From Nitrospirota bacterium (GTDB lineage: Bacteria > Nitrospirota > UBA9217): a DNA stretch of 64,000 nucleotides. The stretch covers positions 256,001 through 320,000 of the forward strand of contig CAWCKW010000012.1 of assembly GCA_963796285.1 (NCBI GenBank). The letters run 5' to 3'. A model generated the notes under the pieces. The model was not told the DNA's origin and did no database searches. It was given only the letters and a program-made list of their open reading frames with translations. Within the stretch, counting starts at the first letter, position 1. Every line of letters begins with the position of its first letter. Shown piece after piece: positions 46,123 through 56,894 of the stretch. The translations under genes were made by a program, and so were the position numbers.

Positions 46123-47454
46123 ATGCTGGTATCCAAACATAAACGGTACCTCTCCGGCTCCGACTGGGTGATCAACACCCTTGATCATATGATGAAGGCC
46201 ACGACCTGCGCTGGAAACATGTCGCAGGTGGTTCTTGTGCTGGACGGGCTTCTTGATGAGTCCGAGGTCAGGAGCCGATTAAACGCTTTTGTGAAACAGT
46301 TCCCGGTATTGCAGGGGCAGCGTGAGCCGTGATATCAAGCTTGCCCCTTACTGGAAGATCCCGGCGAAAGCGGTCGGCGAAATAACGCTTACGGCCGGGC
46401 ATGTTGATGACCTGTTGTCCGGCGGGACGATGCCTGACTCATTTTGAAAAAAGCGCGAATGTCCCTTTTCAACACAACAACGATCATGTGGCGTTCCATC
46501 TTTTCAGCGACCGCGGGCGAAGCATGTTCGCCATGGCCTTTGACCACCGTATCTTTGACGCACGGGGCGCGGAGATGTTTTTGAACTTGTTCCAGCAGAG
46601 TGTGAAGAGCGGTGCTTCCACCGTGTCCGGCGATATTGCCTTTGCCTCATCCTCAGCCTTGACCCAGTGGTCGAGGAAGTTTCTGGCCGGCCGGAACGTG
46701 AACCGCAGGATCATCGGCGCTGTCGAAATCATCGCACCGAAGCTTTGCCGGTTCCGCGGGAGGCAAGGGATCTTTCCGCTATCATCTCCTCTCATTCACG
46801 GAGCAGGAGACAGCGGCTATTTACGACCGGGCCTACCACCGAGGCCGGGTACCTCATGGAGTCTCCGTATCTGCTGTCCGTGTATCGTGCAGAGCATGCA
46901 TGAGCTGTTCATGAGCAGGCAGGCGACCGGCTCCAGCTATCTTATCCCCGTGACCATGGACCTGCGGACCGGCCTGGATCCGCTGCAGGAAATATTTTTC
47001 AACTACGTGTCCTACCTTTTTTATCAGATCCCGGTCCCTGAGGCTGATGATCGAAAGGGATTGATTGCCTTGCTCAAGCAGCAGATGTACGATCAGGTGA
47101 AGTCCGGCTTTCCCAGGGACCTCGCGGAAGCGAGTCTGCTGACCCGCATCGCGCCGCTGCCCGTGCTGGGGAAACTGCTTCACCTTCCGATGAAAGGGAA
47201 AATGGCAACCTTTGCATTCTCCCATCTCGGGAAGAGCTCATACCAGCATCCCTCTGTTCATGGATAAGAAGGTAGCGAATATTTTCCATATGCCGCGCGT
47301 TCCGGTTCCGCCGGGTCTGGGCTTCTTCAGCAATTATTACAACAGCAAGCTCAACGTGGTCATCTCCTATCTGGACGGAGTGCTCACCGATGACGATGTT
47401 CTGGAGCTTGACAGGGGGATCAGGGAGCGATTCGGCGTGGTGAGTGTCTCATGA
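46123..47454 (+). CDS. Condensation-domain/CoA-dependent acyltransferase-like protein (frameshifted)
   Basis: [10 protein letters not shown] (HxxxD), [19 protein letters not shown]. Confidence 0.7.
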
Positions 47455-48663
47455 GTACTTCCTGCGATGTGCTGGTGGTCGGCGGCGGCGTCGCGGGTGC
47501 GACGGCTGCGGTTGCCGCGGCGCGGGGCGGCGCCCGCACGATACTCGTTGAAAAGGAACTGCTATCTCGGCGGCACCGGCTTCGCCGGCAGGTTCCAGTA
47601 TATCTGCGGTCTTTACCTGAATGCGTGATACGGTTCCGACAGAAACCCTGAACCCCGGGATCACCCGCGAGATCTCCGGAACTGTTGTTCAAGGCCTCGC
47701 CGGGGAAAGGCATACAGAAGATCGGTCAGGTATACGCACAGCCTTACAACTACGATGACCTGCAGTCAGTTCTCGCGTCGCTGTGCCGGGGAGAGAGCAA
47801 TCTGGCCGCGCTGCAGGGGCACTCCGCAATAACGGCCACGATGGACAGCAATGAGATCGCGCTCGTCACGATAGAAGATTCGCACGGCCGGCAGGAGATT
47901 GCACCGAAGATGGTCGTTGATTGCTCGGGCAGCGGTGAAGTTGCCGCCCTTGCTGGCGCTCCATTTGACCTCACTCCGAAGGATGAACGGCAGCTGGCTG
48001 GATTCGTGGTCCACGTGAAAGGGCTCAGGGACGTGGATGAGAACCTGTCCCTCAAGGTCCCCTATCATCTTGCGCAGGCGGTGAAGCAGGGGATATTCGC
48101 GCCTGCGGTAAAATTAACGACCTTCAGTCCCGGCGATGCTGCTGATGAAGGGTATTGCAAGATGAGCGTTTTCAGTACTGACGAAGTGACAGTGACGGAG
48201 AAAAGCCCGAACAGCCGCGGATGCGGCTATCAGGTATCTCGCTTCGGTCTTGCCTGCTTTTGAAGGCGCTTATATTGCGGATACCTCGCTCAAGGTGCTT
48301 GAACGTGAAGGCAGGAGGGTCATTGGAGAGTATATGCTTACGAAGGAAGACGTGCTCTCTGCCAGGAAGTTTCCCGACGGCGTTGTGAAGAACGCCTGGC
48401 CGATCGAGCTCTGGGACAGGACAAAAGGCACGATCTATAAATACGTTCCGCGCGGGGAATATTACGAGATCCCGTTCAGGTGTCTTATGGTCAGCGGGAT
48501 CAAGAACCTGCTGACTGCGGGACGGTGCATATCGGTCACTCATGAGGCGCTTGGTTCCACGCGGGTGATGGGCACGTGCATGGCCCTGGGAGAGCAGGCT
48601 GGCAAAGCTGCCGCGTATCGGGTCAGGAACGGGAAGTATCCGGAGAAGGTCAAGATAATCTAA
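47451..48663 (+). CDS. FAD-dependent oxidoreductase (frameshifted)
   Basis: [60 protein letters not shown]. Confidence 0.85.
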
Positions 48664-48822
48664 ACTTCAAAGTGCTGAACTCACAAACAATTGCCGGAAA
48701 TACGAAGTCCAAAATTCAAACGTATTTGCCAGTCTTGAGGTCGCTTTAGTAATTGCAGATTCGTTTAGAATGATTTGATGATTAGTTATTTAGTGCTTGA
48801 TACAGTATCAAAGGGGGTATCA

Positions 48823-50263
48823 GTGCGAATATTACTCGTAAAACCGAATCCACAACTGCTCGTGGCAAGGCGCCTGCAGGAGGGGTTCCTGCACCTCGAA
48901 CCGCTGGAGCTTGAAATGGTGGCCGGCGGCGTGCCGCCTGAAGACGAGGTCGTTATCCTGGACCTGAGCTTTGAGAAGGACCCCATCCTCGGTTTTCAGA
49001 ACAAACTGCGCGAGATGAATCCCCAGATCGTCGGTTTCACCGGCTACAGCAGCCAGTCGGCTTTGGTAAAGTCCCTGGCAGATCTGGTGAAAAAGCATGA
49101 CCCAAAGATCGTGACCGTGGTCGGCGGGACGCACGCTACGATCATCCCGGCGGACTATGCATTGAACGGCAAAGGCATCGACATCATCGTGCGCGGCGAA
49201 GGGGGCACGGCGTTCGCCGAGATCGTAAGACGCTATAAGAAAGGCGAACCGCTCTTCTTCGGTGATGCCGTCCTCTCGCCGAAAGACCCTGATTTCGCGG
49301 TAAAGGCCGCAGCACTGCCTCCGGAATTCCCGGCGGTCGACCAGATCCCGCGGGCGCGTCGCGACCTCGTAGACCGGTCCCGCTATTTCTGCGTCTGGAC
49401 CTCGAGCACGGAAAAAAAGCTCGACACCATTTTCCCGCGGACCGCGAGCATGCGTACCTCGACGGGATGCGCTTACTCGTGCTCCTTTTGCGTTGTGCAC
49501 CACTTGATGCGCGGCAAGTATCTCCAGCGGCAGCCTGAGGACGTCGTGGACGAGATCGAGAAGATCTCAGAGAACCATATCTATTTCGTGGACGATGAAA
49601 CGTTCCTGAACAAGGACCGGTTGACAAAGATCGCTAATTTATTGCTTGATAAGGGGATCAAAAAGCAGTATATCAGCTGGGCGCGCGCTGATACGATCGT
49701 AAAATATCCCGAGTTGTTCAAACTCTGGAAGCAGGCCGGGCTTAGCGTGGTCTACGTCGGCCTCGAGGCCATGGTAGGATCAAGGCTCGACAAGTATAAG
49801 AAGCGGACGAGCGTGGACACGAACAGAAAAGCGATAGAAATTCTGAAAGAGATCGGCATCACGCTTCACGCGAGCTTCATGGTCGATCCGGACTTTTCGG
49901 TCCAGGACTTCAGGGACCTTGAAAAGGAGATAATGAAGGTTTGTCCGGCCGAGGTCACCTTTACCGTATTTTCACCATCGCCCGGGACCGACCTCTGGCA
50001 TACACATAAGAACGATTATATCGTCGACCCGTATCTGTATTATGACTGCATGCACACGATCCTGCCCACGAAGCTTGACATGAACCTGTTCTATTCGCAT
50101 TTCGCGAAGCTGTCGCGGGTGGCGCTTCAGGCGAACCCGCTGCAGGGTGAACAAGGTCAAAGTTCCCTTTCGTGAGACGGTCAAGATCATCTACCTTGGA
50201 ACACGGTATATTTTCGCCATGCGGAATATCTATAAGGACTATCTGCCGAAGAACAGGGCATGA
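48823..50263 (+). CDS. B12-binding radical SAM protein 3 (frameshift near 50143)
   Basis: EPLELE, VVGGTHAT, RGEG, GCAYSCSFC, FVDDET, GLEA, SPSPGT. Confidence 0.88.
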
Positions 50264-51688
50264 ACATATTTGACACCATACAACGCGAGACGGGAAACTT
50301 CTTGCACAAGACCGCGGTGATCGAAGATGATGACCGCATTACCTACGGACAGCTGATCGCTGCTGCTGAACAGGTTGCCGAGGCCTTACGACAGCTCGGC
50401 GTCGGACGGCTTCACCGCGTCGGACTTCTCTGCGACGACAGCATTGACTACATCATCGTGAGTCTTGCTATTTTGTCACTCTCGGCCGTTGTGGTACCGG
50501 TTTCGCCCGAACAGACGGCGGAGGAATCCGAAACAGTCATCGACAGGATCGACATTGATTTCCTGATCGCCGAACCGAGTCTGTGGCAGGGGGGATACGG
50601 CGACCCGCTGCAATCGGGCGGTCTCTTTAAAAAAGAATTTACCATCGTGAAGAGGACGACCAGAGAGCGTCCGAAGGCCGAGTATTTCAGGATCAACCCC
50701 GCGTTCATCAGGTTCAGCTCCGGCACCACGGGCACGAGCAAGGGGGTGGTGCTGTCGCACGAGGCGATCATCGAACGGACCGATGCCGCTGACCGGGGTC
50801 TCCGGATAACGTCAGAGGACACCGTGGTCTGGGTGCTGTCCATGAGCTACCATTTCGTGGTCACGATCCTCCTGTTCCTGCGGCGCGGCGCGACGATCGT
50901 GCTCTGCGGCCACAATTATCCGAAATCGATCATAGAAGGGATCAGGTCGCATCAGGGGACCTTTATCTATGCCTCGCCTTTCTATTACAGCCTCCTGTCG
51001 CGAACCGATGCGCTGCCGGGCGATGCCTTGAAGCAGATCCGCCTTGCGGTCTCAACGACCATGAAGCTGCCTGAACAAGTGGCAGAGGAGTTTTCAGCCA
51101 AGTTTGGTTTTGAGCTGACCGAGGCCTATGGGATCATCGAGGTCGGTTTGCCGTTTATCCGGCTTTCGCGGAGAAAGGACAAGCGGGGTTCCGTGGGAAA
51201 GCCGCTGCCGGATTTCGAGATCAAGCTCGACAAGAAGGATGCCGATGGAGTAGGGGAAATCCGGATCAAGGGCAAGGGGATGCTCGATGCCTATTATTCT
51301 CCCTGGCAGGGCAGGGAGGACATTCTGAACGACGGCTGGTTCAAGACCGGCGATCTGGGGAAAATAGATGAGGACGGTTTCCTGACGATCGTGGGCAGGG
51401 AAAAGGAAGTGATCAATTTTGTGGGCATGAAAATGTTCGCCCAGGAAGTGGAGTCTGTTCTGAACCAGCACCCGCAGGTGAAGGAGTCCCTGGTGTACGG
51501 CGCTGCGCACTCGCAATACGGCCAACTGCCCATGGCGAAGATCGTATTGCGGAACGGGAACGACGTTATGGACGTATATGACTCTGCGGCGCTTCTGCTA
51601 TCAGCGGCTTGCGCAGTACAAGGTGCCGAAGGATTTTGCATTCGTTGACAGCATACCCAAGACCGCAAGTGGAAAGATAAAACGATGA
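50260..51688 (+). CDS. Class I adenylate-forming enzyme (acyl-CoA/ACP ligase; frameshift near the 3' end)
   Basis: FSSGTTGTSKG, EAYGIIE, WFKTGDLG, PKTASGKI. Confidence 0.88.
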
Positions 51689-53116
51689 AAATCCTGCTGA
51701 TCAATCCCTTTGGCTCGAACTGGGTCGAAGGCATGGAAGACAATTCCGAGACCGCCATTCGCCTGGCGCCGAACGGCATCCTGTCAATTGCCGCCTATCT
51801 TCTTGGAAAAAGGGCATGAGGTGGAGGTACACGACTGCCGGGGGGCAGTAAGCCGCATCGGCGCCGACGATGTCCTCTCCCGCGTCCGGTCCTTCAAGCC
51901 CGACCTGGTCGGGTTCACGGCAGTGACGTCGGGTTTTCTGAATGCCTATCGCCTGACGGAAGAGATCAAAAATACAGCCCCTCACATCACGATCGTATTC
52001 GGCGGCGTGCATGTCTCCGCCCTGCGCGGGAAGATCCTGGCGTCCTATCCTGCCATCGACTTTCTGGTGACCGGCGAGGGAGAGCAGGCCATGGCAGAGC
52101 TTGCCGCGGGCGCAAAGCCCGGGACGATCCAGGGGCTGGTGTATCGCGAGGGGGACGGAGATCAGGGACAACGGTCTGCGGACCGATCTGTGCGCGCTTG
52201 ATTCGCTTCCGTTCCCCGCGTACCACAAGCTTGAGGGCTTCCCGAAGAAAGTACGAGGCAGCGCTGTTCAATTACCCGAAAGCACCATCAGCAACGATCA
52301 TCTCAAGCCGCGGCTGCCCCTACCAGTGCTCGTACTGCGACCGCTCGGTGTACCGCAGGAGCTTTCGGTACAACTCGGCTGAATATCTCTACGAGCACAT
52401 GGCGTTCCTGAAAAAAGAATTCGGTATCCGGCACGTGTTCTTCTACGACGACCTGTTCACCTTTAACCGCGAGCGGATCGAGAAGTTCTGCGGACTCCTG
52501 CAGGCGAAACCGCTCAAGATGACCTTTAATTGCGCAGTGCGCGTCGGACACATCGATGACGAACTGCTCAAGATGTTGAAGGCGTCGGGCTGCTGGATGG
52601 TAAGCCTCGGCATCGAGTCGGGCGCGCCCGGAGATCCTTGCACGGCACAAGACCCAGGTGGATTTCAATGAGATGAAGACAACGGTGAAGCGGATCCAGA
52701 AGAGCGGGCTGAGGGCCAAAGGCCTCTTCATGATGGGGCTCCCGGGAGAGACCGAGGCGACCATCCGGATGACGACCGATTTCATCACGAACCTGGAACT
52801 CGACGACATGAACATGACCAAGTTCACACCCTTTCCGGGAGCGCCGATCTACCAGACGATTCATGACGAAGGCGTATTTGATGAAAAGTGGGAACTGATG
52901 AACTGCCTGAACTTCGTCTTCGTGCCAAAAGGGATCGAGTCCAAGGAGCGGCTCGACGAGCTCTACAAACAATTCATCAAGCGCTTTTACACCGGGAAGA
53001 ACTGGACCCGCAAATTCGGTCCGCTTATGTTTAAGTCTCCCAACAGCACCTATCGGATCATCAGAAACCTTCCGACCTTTATCAAGATCAAGCGTGATTT
53101 CGAGCCGAAAGAGTAA
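51685..53116 (+). CDS. B12-binding radical SAM protein 4 (frameshifted)
   Basis: VFGGVHVS, TGEGE, SSRGCPYQCSYC, FYDDLFT, GIESG, MMGLPGET, TPFPGA. Confidence 0.88.
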
Positions 53117-53360
53117 TTCGCGCTGTTCTCCGCTGTATTAAATCAGAGTTACCAAGGTCCAGGAACAAAACCACCGGGCAATGCGGGGAAAAAGAGGAGA
53201 GAGAGGGGCAATCCAATTCAAAATATCGTAAAACAGGCTCACGTAGCCGAAACAGTGAACGAGAAAATGCCCGAGATTTCGAACGTCAAGAATAGCGGAA
53301 CAGTGCATGACGAGGACTTTTCTCTCTTTCGCCTGACAAGGTTGCGACGGTTCCATTTTA

Positions 53361-53389
53361 TTGACAAAACAGGTTAATTCTTGTATCTT
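53361..53389 (+). promoter_or_regulatory. sigma70-type promoter upstream of rhomboid
   Basis: TTGACA-17 bp-TATCTT. Confidence 0.55.
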
Positions 53390-53498
53390 GTCATCGGTCG
53401 TTTGCAGGTGGGTGAAATTGATCGTGATGACCGCCTTGCCAGTTAGACGAAGCGGTAGAGGGGTGCATGCATCGTGCTGGATTCAGTGGAGTTGAAGT

Positions 53499-54198
53499 TT
53501 GATTCCTATACGTGACATTAACCCGACGAGTCGGTTTGCAATCATTACATTCACACTGATCGTTCTGAATATCGCGGTGTTCGTCTATGAATTGACCCTG
53601 GGGAAGATGGGCGGCGAGGCATTCCTTGCCTCCTTTGCGCTCATCCCGAAGCGCTTGTTTTCCCCGGATGCCGTAATGGGCGGCACGATACCGGTAACAG
53701 CGACCCTGGTCACGTCCATGTTTTTGCACGGCGGCCTGCTCCACATCGCGGGCAATATGCTCTATCTCTGGATATTCGGGAACAATGTGGAGGACGACAC
53801 CGGGAGAGTGCGTTTTTTAGTGTTCTATGTGCTCTGCGGTCTCATTGCCGCTTATGCTCACGCGTTCATGAACCGGTCTTCGCTTACACCCATGATCGGG
53901 GCAAGCGGAGCTATTTCGGGCGTGCTCGGCGCCTATTTGCTCCTGTATCCGCGTGCGCGGGTCGTGACGCTCGTGCTGTTCGGTTTTTATATACGGACCA
54001 TTGAGGTTCCCGCCATGATCGTTCTGGGATTATGGTTCGTGTTGCAGTTTTTGAGCGCACTGCTATCGGGTGGCTCGGGCGAAGGCGTGGCGTGGTACGC
54101 GCATGTCGCCGGGTTCGTTGCGGGGATGCTCCTGATCGGGCTGTTTAAGCGTAGAGACGTGTTGTTCGGCGGTGGAAGGGGATGTTCGCTATCCATGA
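53499..54198 (+). CDS. Rhomboid intramembrane serine protease
   Basis: MIPIRD, TSMFLHGGLLHIAGNMLYLWIFG, GASGAISG, AWYAHVAG; probable true stop overlaps the next ATG after removing one G near 54180. Confidence 0.9.
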
Positions 54199-55284
54199 TC
54201 GTTTCCTGTGAATGCGGCGCAAAGCTCAAGATCGACGATGCCAAGATAACCGGCAAGGGCGTGAAGGTGCGTTGTCCGCGGTGCGGCAACGTGATCCCTG
54301 TCCAGAAACCGTCTCCGGCGTTGTCAGTGTCCTCTAGGGAAAACAGCCGCACTGACAGCAGTTTCCGCCGCATTATCAGATGCTCTGGTACTGGTTGCGC
54401 ATGACAGCGATGTGGTCAGAAAGATGGTCGCTGATCTCCTGATCGACGCTGGATTCAGGGTGGATACAGCGGCTGACGGTGTTGATGCGCTCAAAAGGGC
54501 CATGGAGAACAAACCGCAAGGCATGGTGCTCGATGTGGGGCTGCCGGGCATTTACGGTTTCGAACTGTGCGAACGGTTGAAGGGTAATCCGGCGACGCAG
54601 TCGATCAAAATCGTGCTCCTTTCATCAGTGTACGATATGAGGCGGTACAAACGCACGCCGACCAACCTGTATGGCGCCGACGATTATATCGAGAAGCACC
54701 ACATCCCGGATTTTCTGTTGACCAAGTTGCGAAAACTCATCTTTCCGGGACAGTTCGGAGCTGAAATGCCCACGATCAAAGGGCCTTCTCACCACGATCT
54801 TCCGGAGATGTCCCGGCCGCCTGCAAGGGAGTTCAAGTCGTCCCTGCTCAGTCCCCAAAACCAGGCGCTGGCGGAACGTGGTGTACCTGAGTCGGTCCCG
54901 TCCCAGTCCGCAGTATCGAAGCCCGCATCAATGGACGGTCCGGATTCGGCTGCGGTTTTCCCCGAGTCTCTCAGTCTTGATGCCTCGATCTTTCAGAAAG
55001 AAGAGTGCGACATCCCCCGCGTGGATGAAGCCGATCCCGAGGCCGTGGAAAAGGCGAGGCGGTTTGCTCGGATCATCGTGTCCGATGTCGCCCTCTATAA
55101 TCAGGAGGCGGTGATCGAAGGCCTTCGGAACGGGACCTTTTATGAGGTTCTCAATGCGGATGTAACCGAAGGCAGGGACCTGTACGAAGGTCGGGTTCCC
55201 GCTGCTATCAGGGCAAAAAAGGACTATTATCAGGAAGCCTTTGATAATTTCATCGCTGCGGCACAGAAGAAGATTGTGCGTTGA
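54195..55284 (+). CDS. Zinc-ribbon + receiver + Pro/Ser linker + RomX-like domain protein (frameshifted)
   Basis: MIVSCECGAKLKIDD..KVRCPRCG; REC VAHDS..VLDVGLP; C-terminal EKARRFARIIVSDVALYN..EGRDLYEGRV..YYQEAF. Confidence 0.8.
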
Positions 55285-55309
55285 CATACGGATGCAGTTA
55301 GTATATTAT
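55281..55309 (+). promoter_or_regulatory. sigma70-type promoter of tRNA-Pro
   Basis: TTGACA-17 bp-TATTAT. Confidence 0.65.
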
Positions 55310-55321
55310 TATACGGTTTTG

Positions 55322-55399
<78 letters not shown>

Positions 55400-55488
55400 T
55401 TTTTCTTGATTGTAAATGGCTTCATATCAGCTCAAAGGATCAGCAAAGGGAGCACCTTGAATCCTATTTTTCATGCCACGAGGTGTTC

Positions 55489-56455
55489 ATGAGTGAGAGG
55501 GAACGACCGGTTGATGATCTGATGGGCGCAGAGCCCTTCAGCGAAGAACACGAGGATAATGAAAGCAGAGTCAAAGGAAAGCATCAGCGACTCCTCCGAC
55601 GCCGCATCCGAAACGCCGGCATCAAAGGGCCTTGATGCCATCAAGTACTATCTCAAGGAAATCCGCAAGACCCCCCTCTTAACGTTTGAGCAGGAACAGG
55701 AACTCGCCAAGAAGATCGAGAAAGGCGACCAGGATGCTCGCGCCAAAATGATCGAGGCGAATCTCCGGCTTGTTGTGGCGATTGGGAAAAAATACATCAA
55801 TCGGGGGCTGCAGTTCTCGGACATCATCGAAGAAGGCAATCTTGGCCTGATCCGGGCCGTGGAAAAGTTCCAATATCAGCGGGGTTTCAAGTTCAGCACC
55901 TACGCTTCGTGGTGGATCAAACAAGCCATCGAACGGGCGATCGTCAACCAGACAAGGACCATCCGCCTGCCTGTCCATATTGCCGAAATCGTCAATTCCT
56001 ATCTGCGCTCCATGCGACAACTTACACAGACCCTGGGACGCGATCCTCAGATAGAGGAAATCGCCAAGAAGATGAAGGTCTCCGTCGATAAGGTGCGGAG
56101 CATCTCGCAGGTGGTGCGCGAGACTTACTCTCTGGACATGCTCATCGGCGACCAGGAGGAAGACACCCTCAAAGATATCTTGCAGGACACCAATGCGTTA
56201 TCGCCGGCGAGCGCCTCAGAGGATATCCAGAGACGGGAGCACATTGATGAATGGCTTCAGCAACTTTCGGTGAGCGAACGGAAGGTCATTGAACTGCGGT
56301 TCGGACTGGGTGACGGCGAACCCAAGACCCTCGATAGCATCGGCAAGGATTTCGGTATTACTCGCGAGCGGGTGCGGCAGATCGAGACCCAGGCCCTCAA
56401 TAAGCTAAGGGTCATCACGAGGCGGAAAAAAATCGATTTGGAAGAAATGCTGTAA
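55489..56455 (+). CDS. rpoS: Group 2 sigma-70 factor, RpoS-like (frameshift near 55560)
   Basis: [48 protein letters not shown]; no region 1.1. Confidence 0.8.
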
Positions 56456-56557
56456 TAAATTCTGATGTCTGAATGCAGATTACAGAGTATAAAAAAAATT
56501 AAACATTTGCAGGTACTCTTTCCGAATCTCCGCATTTCATAATTCTCATTAGAACAA

Positions 56558-56634
56558 GCCCCTGTAGCTCAGGTGGATAGAGCAGCGGTTTCCTAAACCG
56601 CGTGCCGGAAGTTCGAGTCTTCCCAGGGGCACCA
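56558..56634 (+). tRNA. tRNA-Arg(CCT)
   Basis: GCCCCTGTAGCTCAGGTGGATAGAGCAGCGGTTTCCTAAACCGCGTGCCGGAAGTTCGAGTCTTCCCAGGGGCACCA. Confidence 0.97.
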
Positions 56635-56894
56635 TTCTTTTTCAATGACGTACGGTCAGGAGGCGGCTTTAGATTACATTCCGTAATCGATGGAATACCC
56701 TGAAAATACCCCATTATTTTTCTTGACAATAAATTAAAAACTTGTAAACTAATTATGTCAATCTATAGTATTAACTTCCATCTGTACAAGAAACAGTATC
56801 ATTTTGAGCCAATGCAGTAGATGACTGTTTTTTTGATTTGAACGCAAACCTGGTTTTTGTGCATAACAATTATAAACTGAGGAGGAACGGTTAT

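Noticed and set aside
53499-54404. Rhomboid-zinc-ribbon fusion shown in the ORF track
   Set aside because: Removing one G from the run near 54178-54181 ends the rhomboid at an ATGA overlap; the zinc ribbon fits the downstream REC protein
56558-56700. Prophage or integrative element at tRNA-Arg, tRNA-Pro or tRNA-Cys
   Set aside because: No integrase, phage genes or duplicated tRNA 3' end seen in the window
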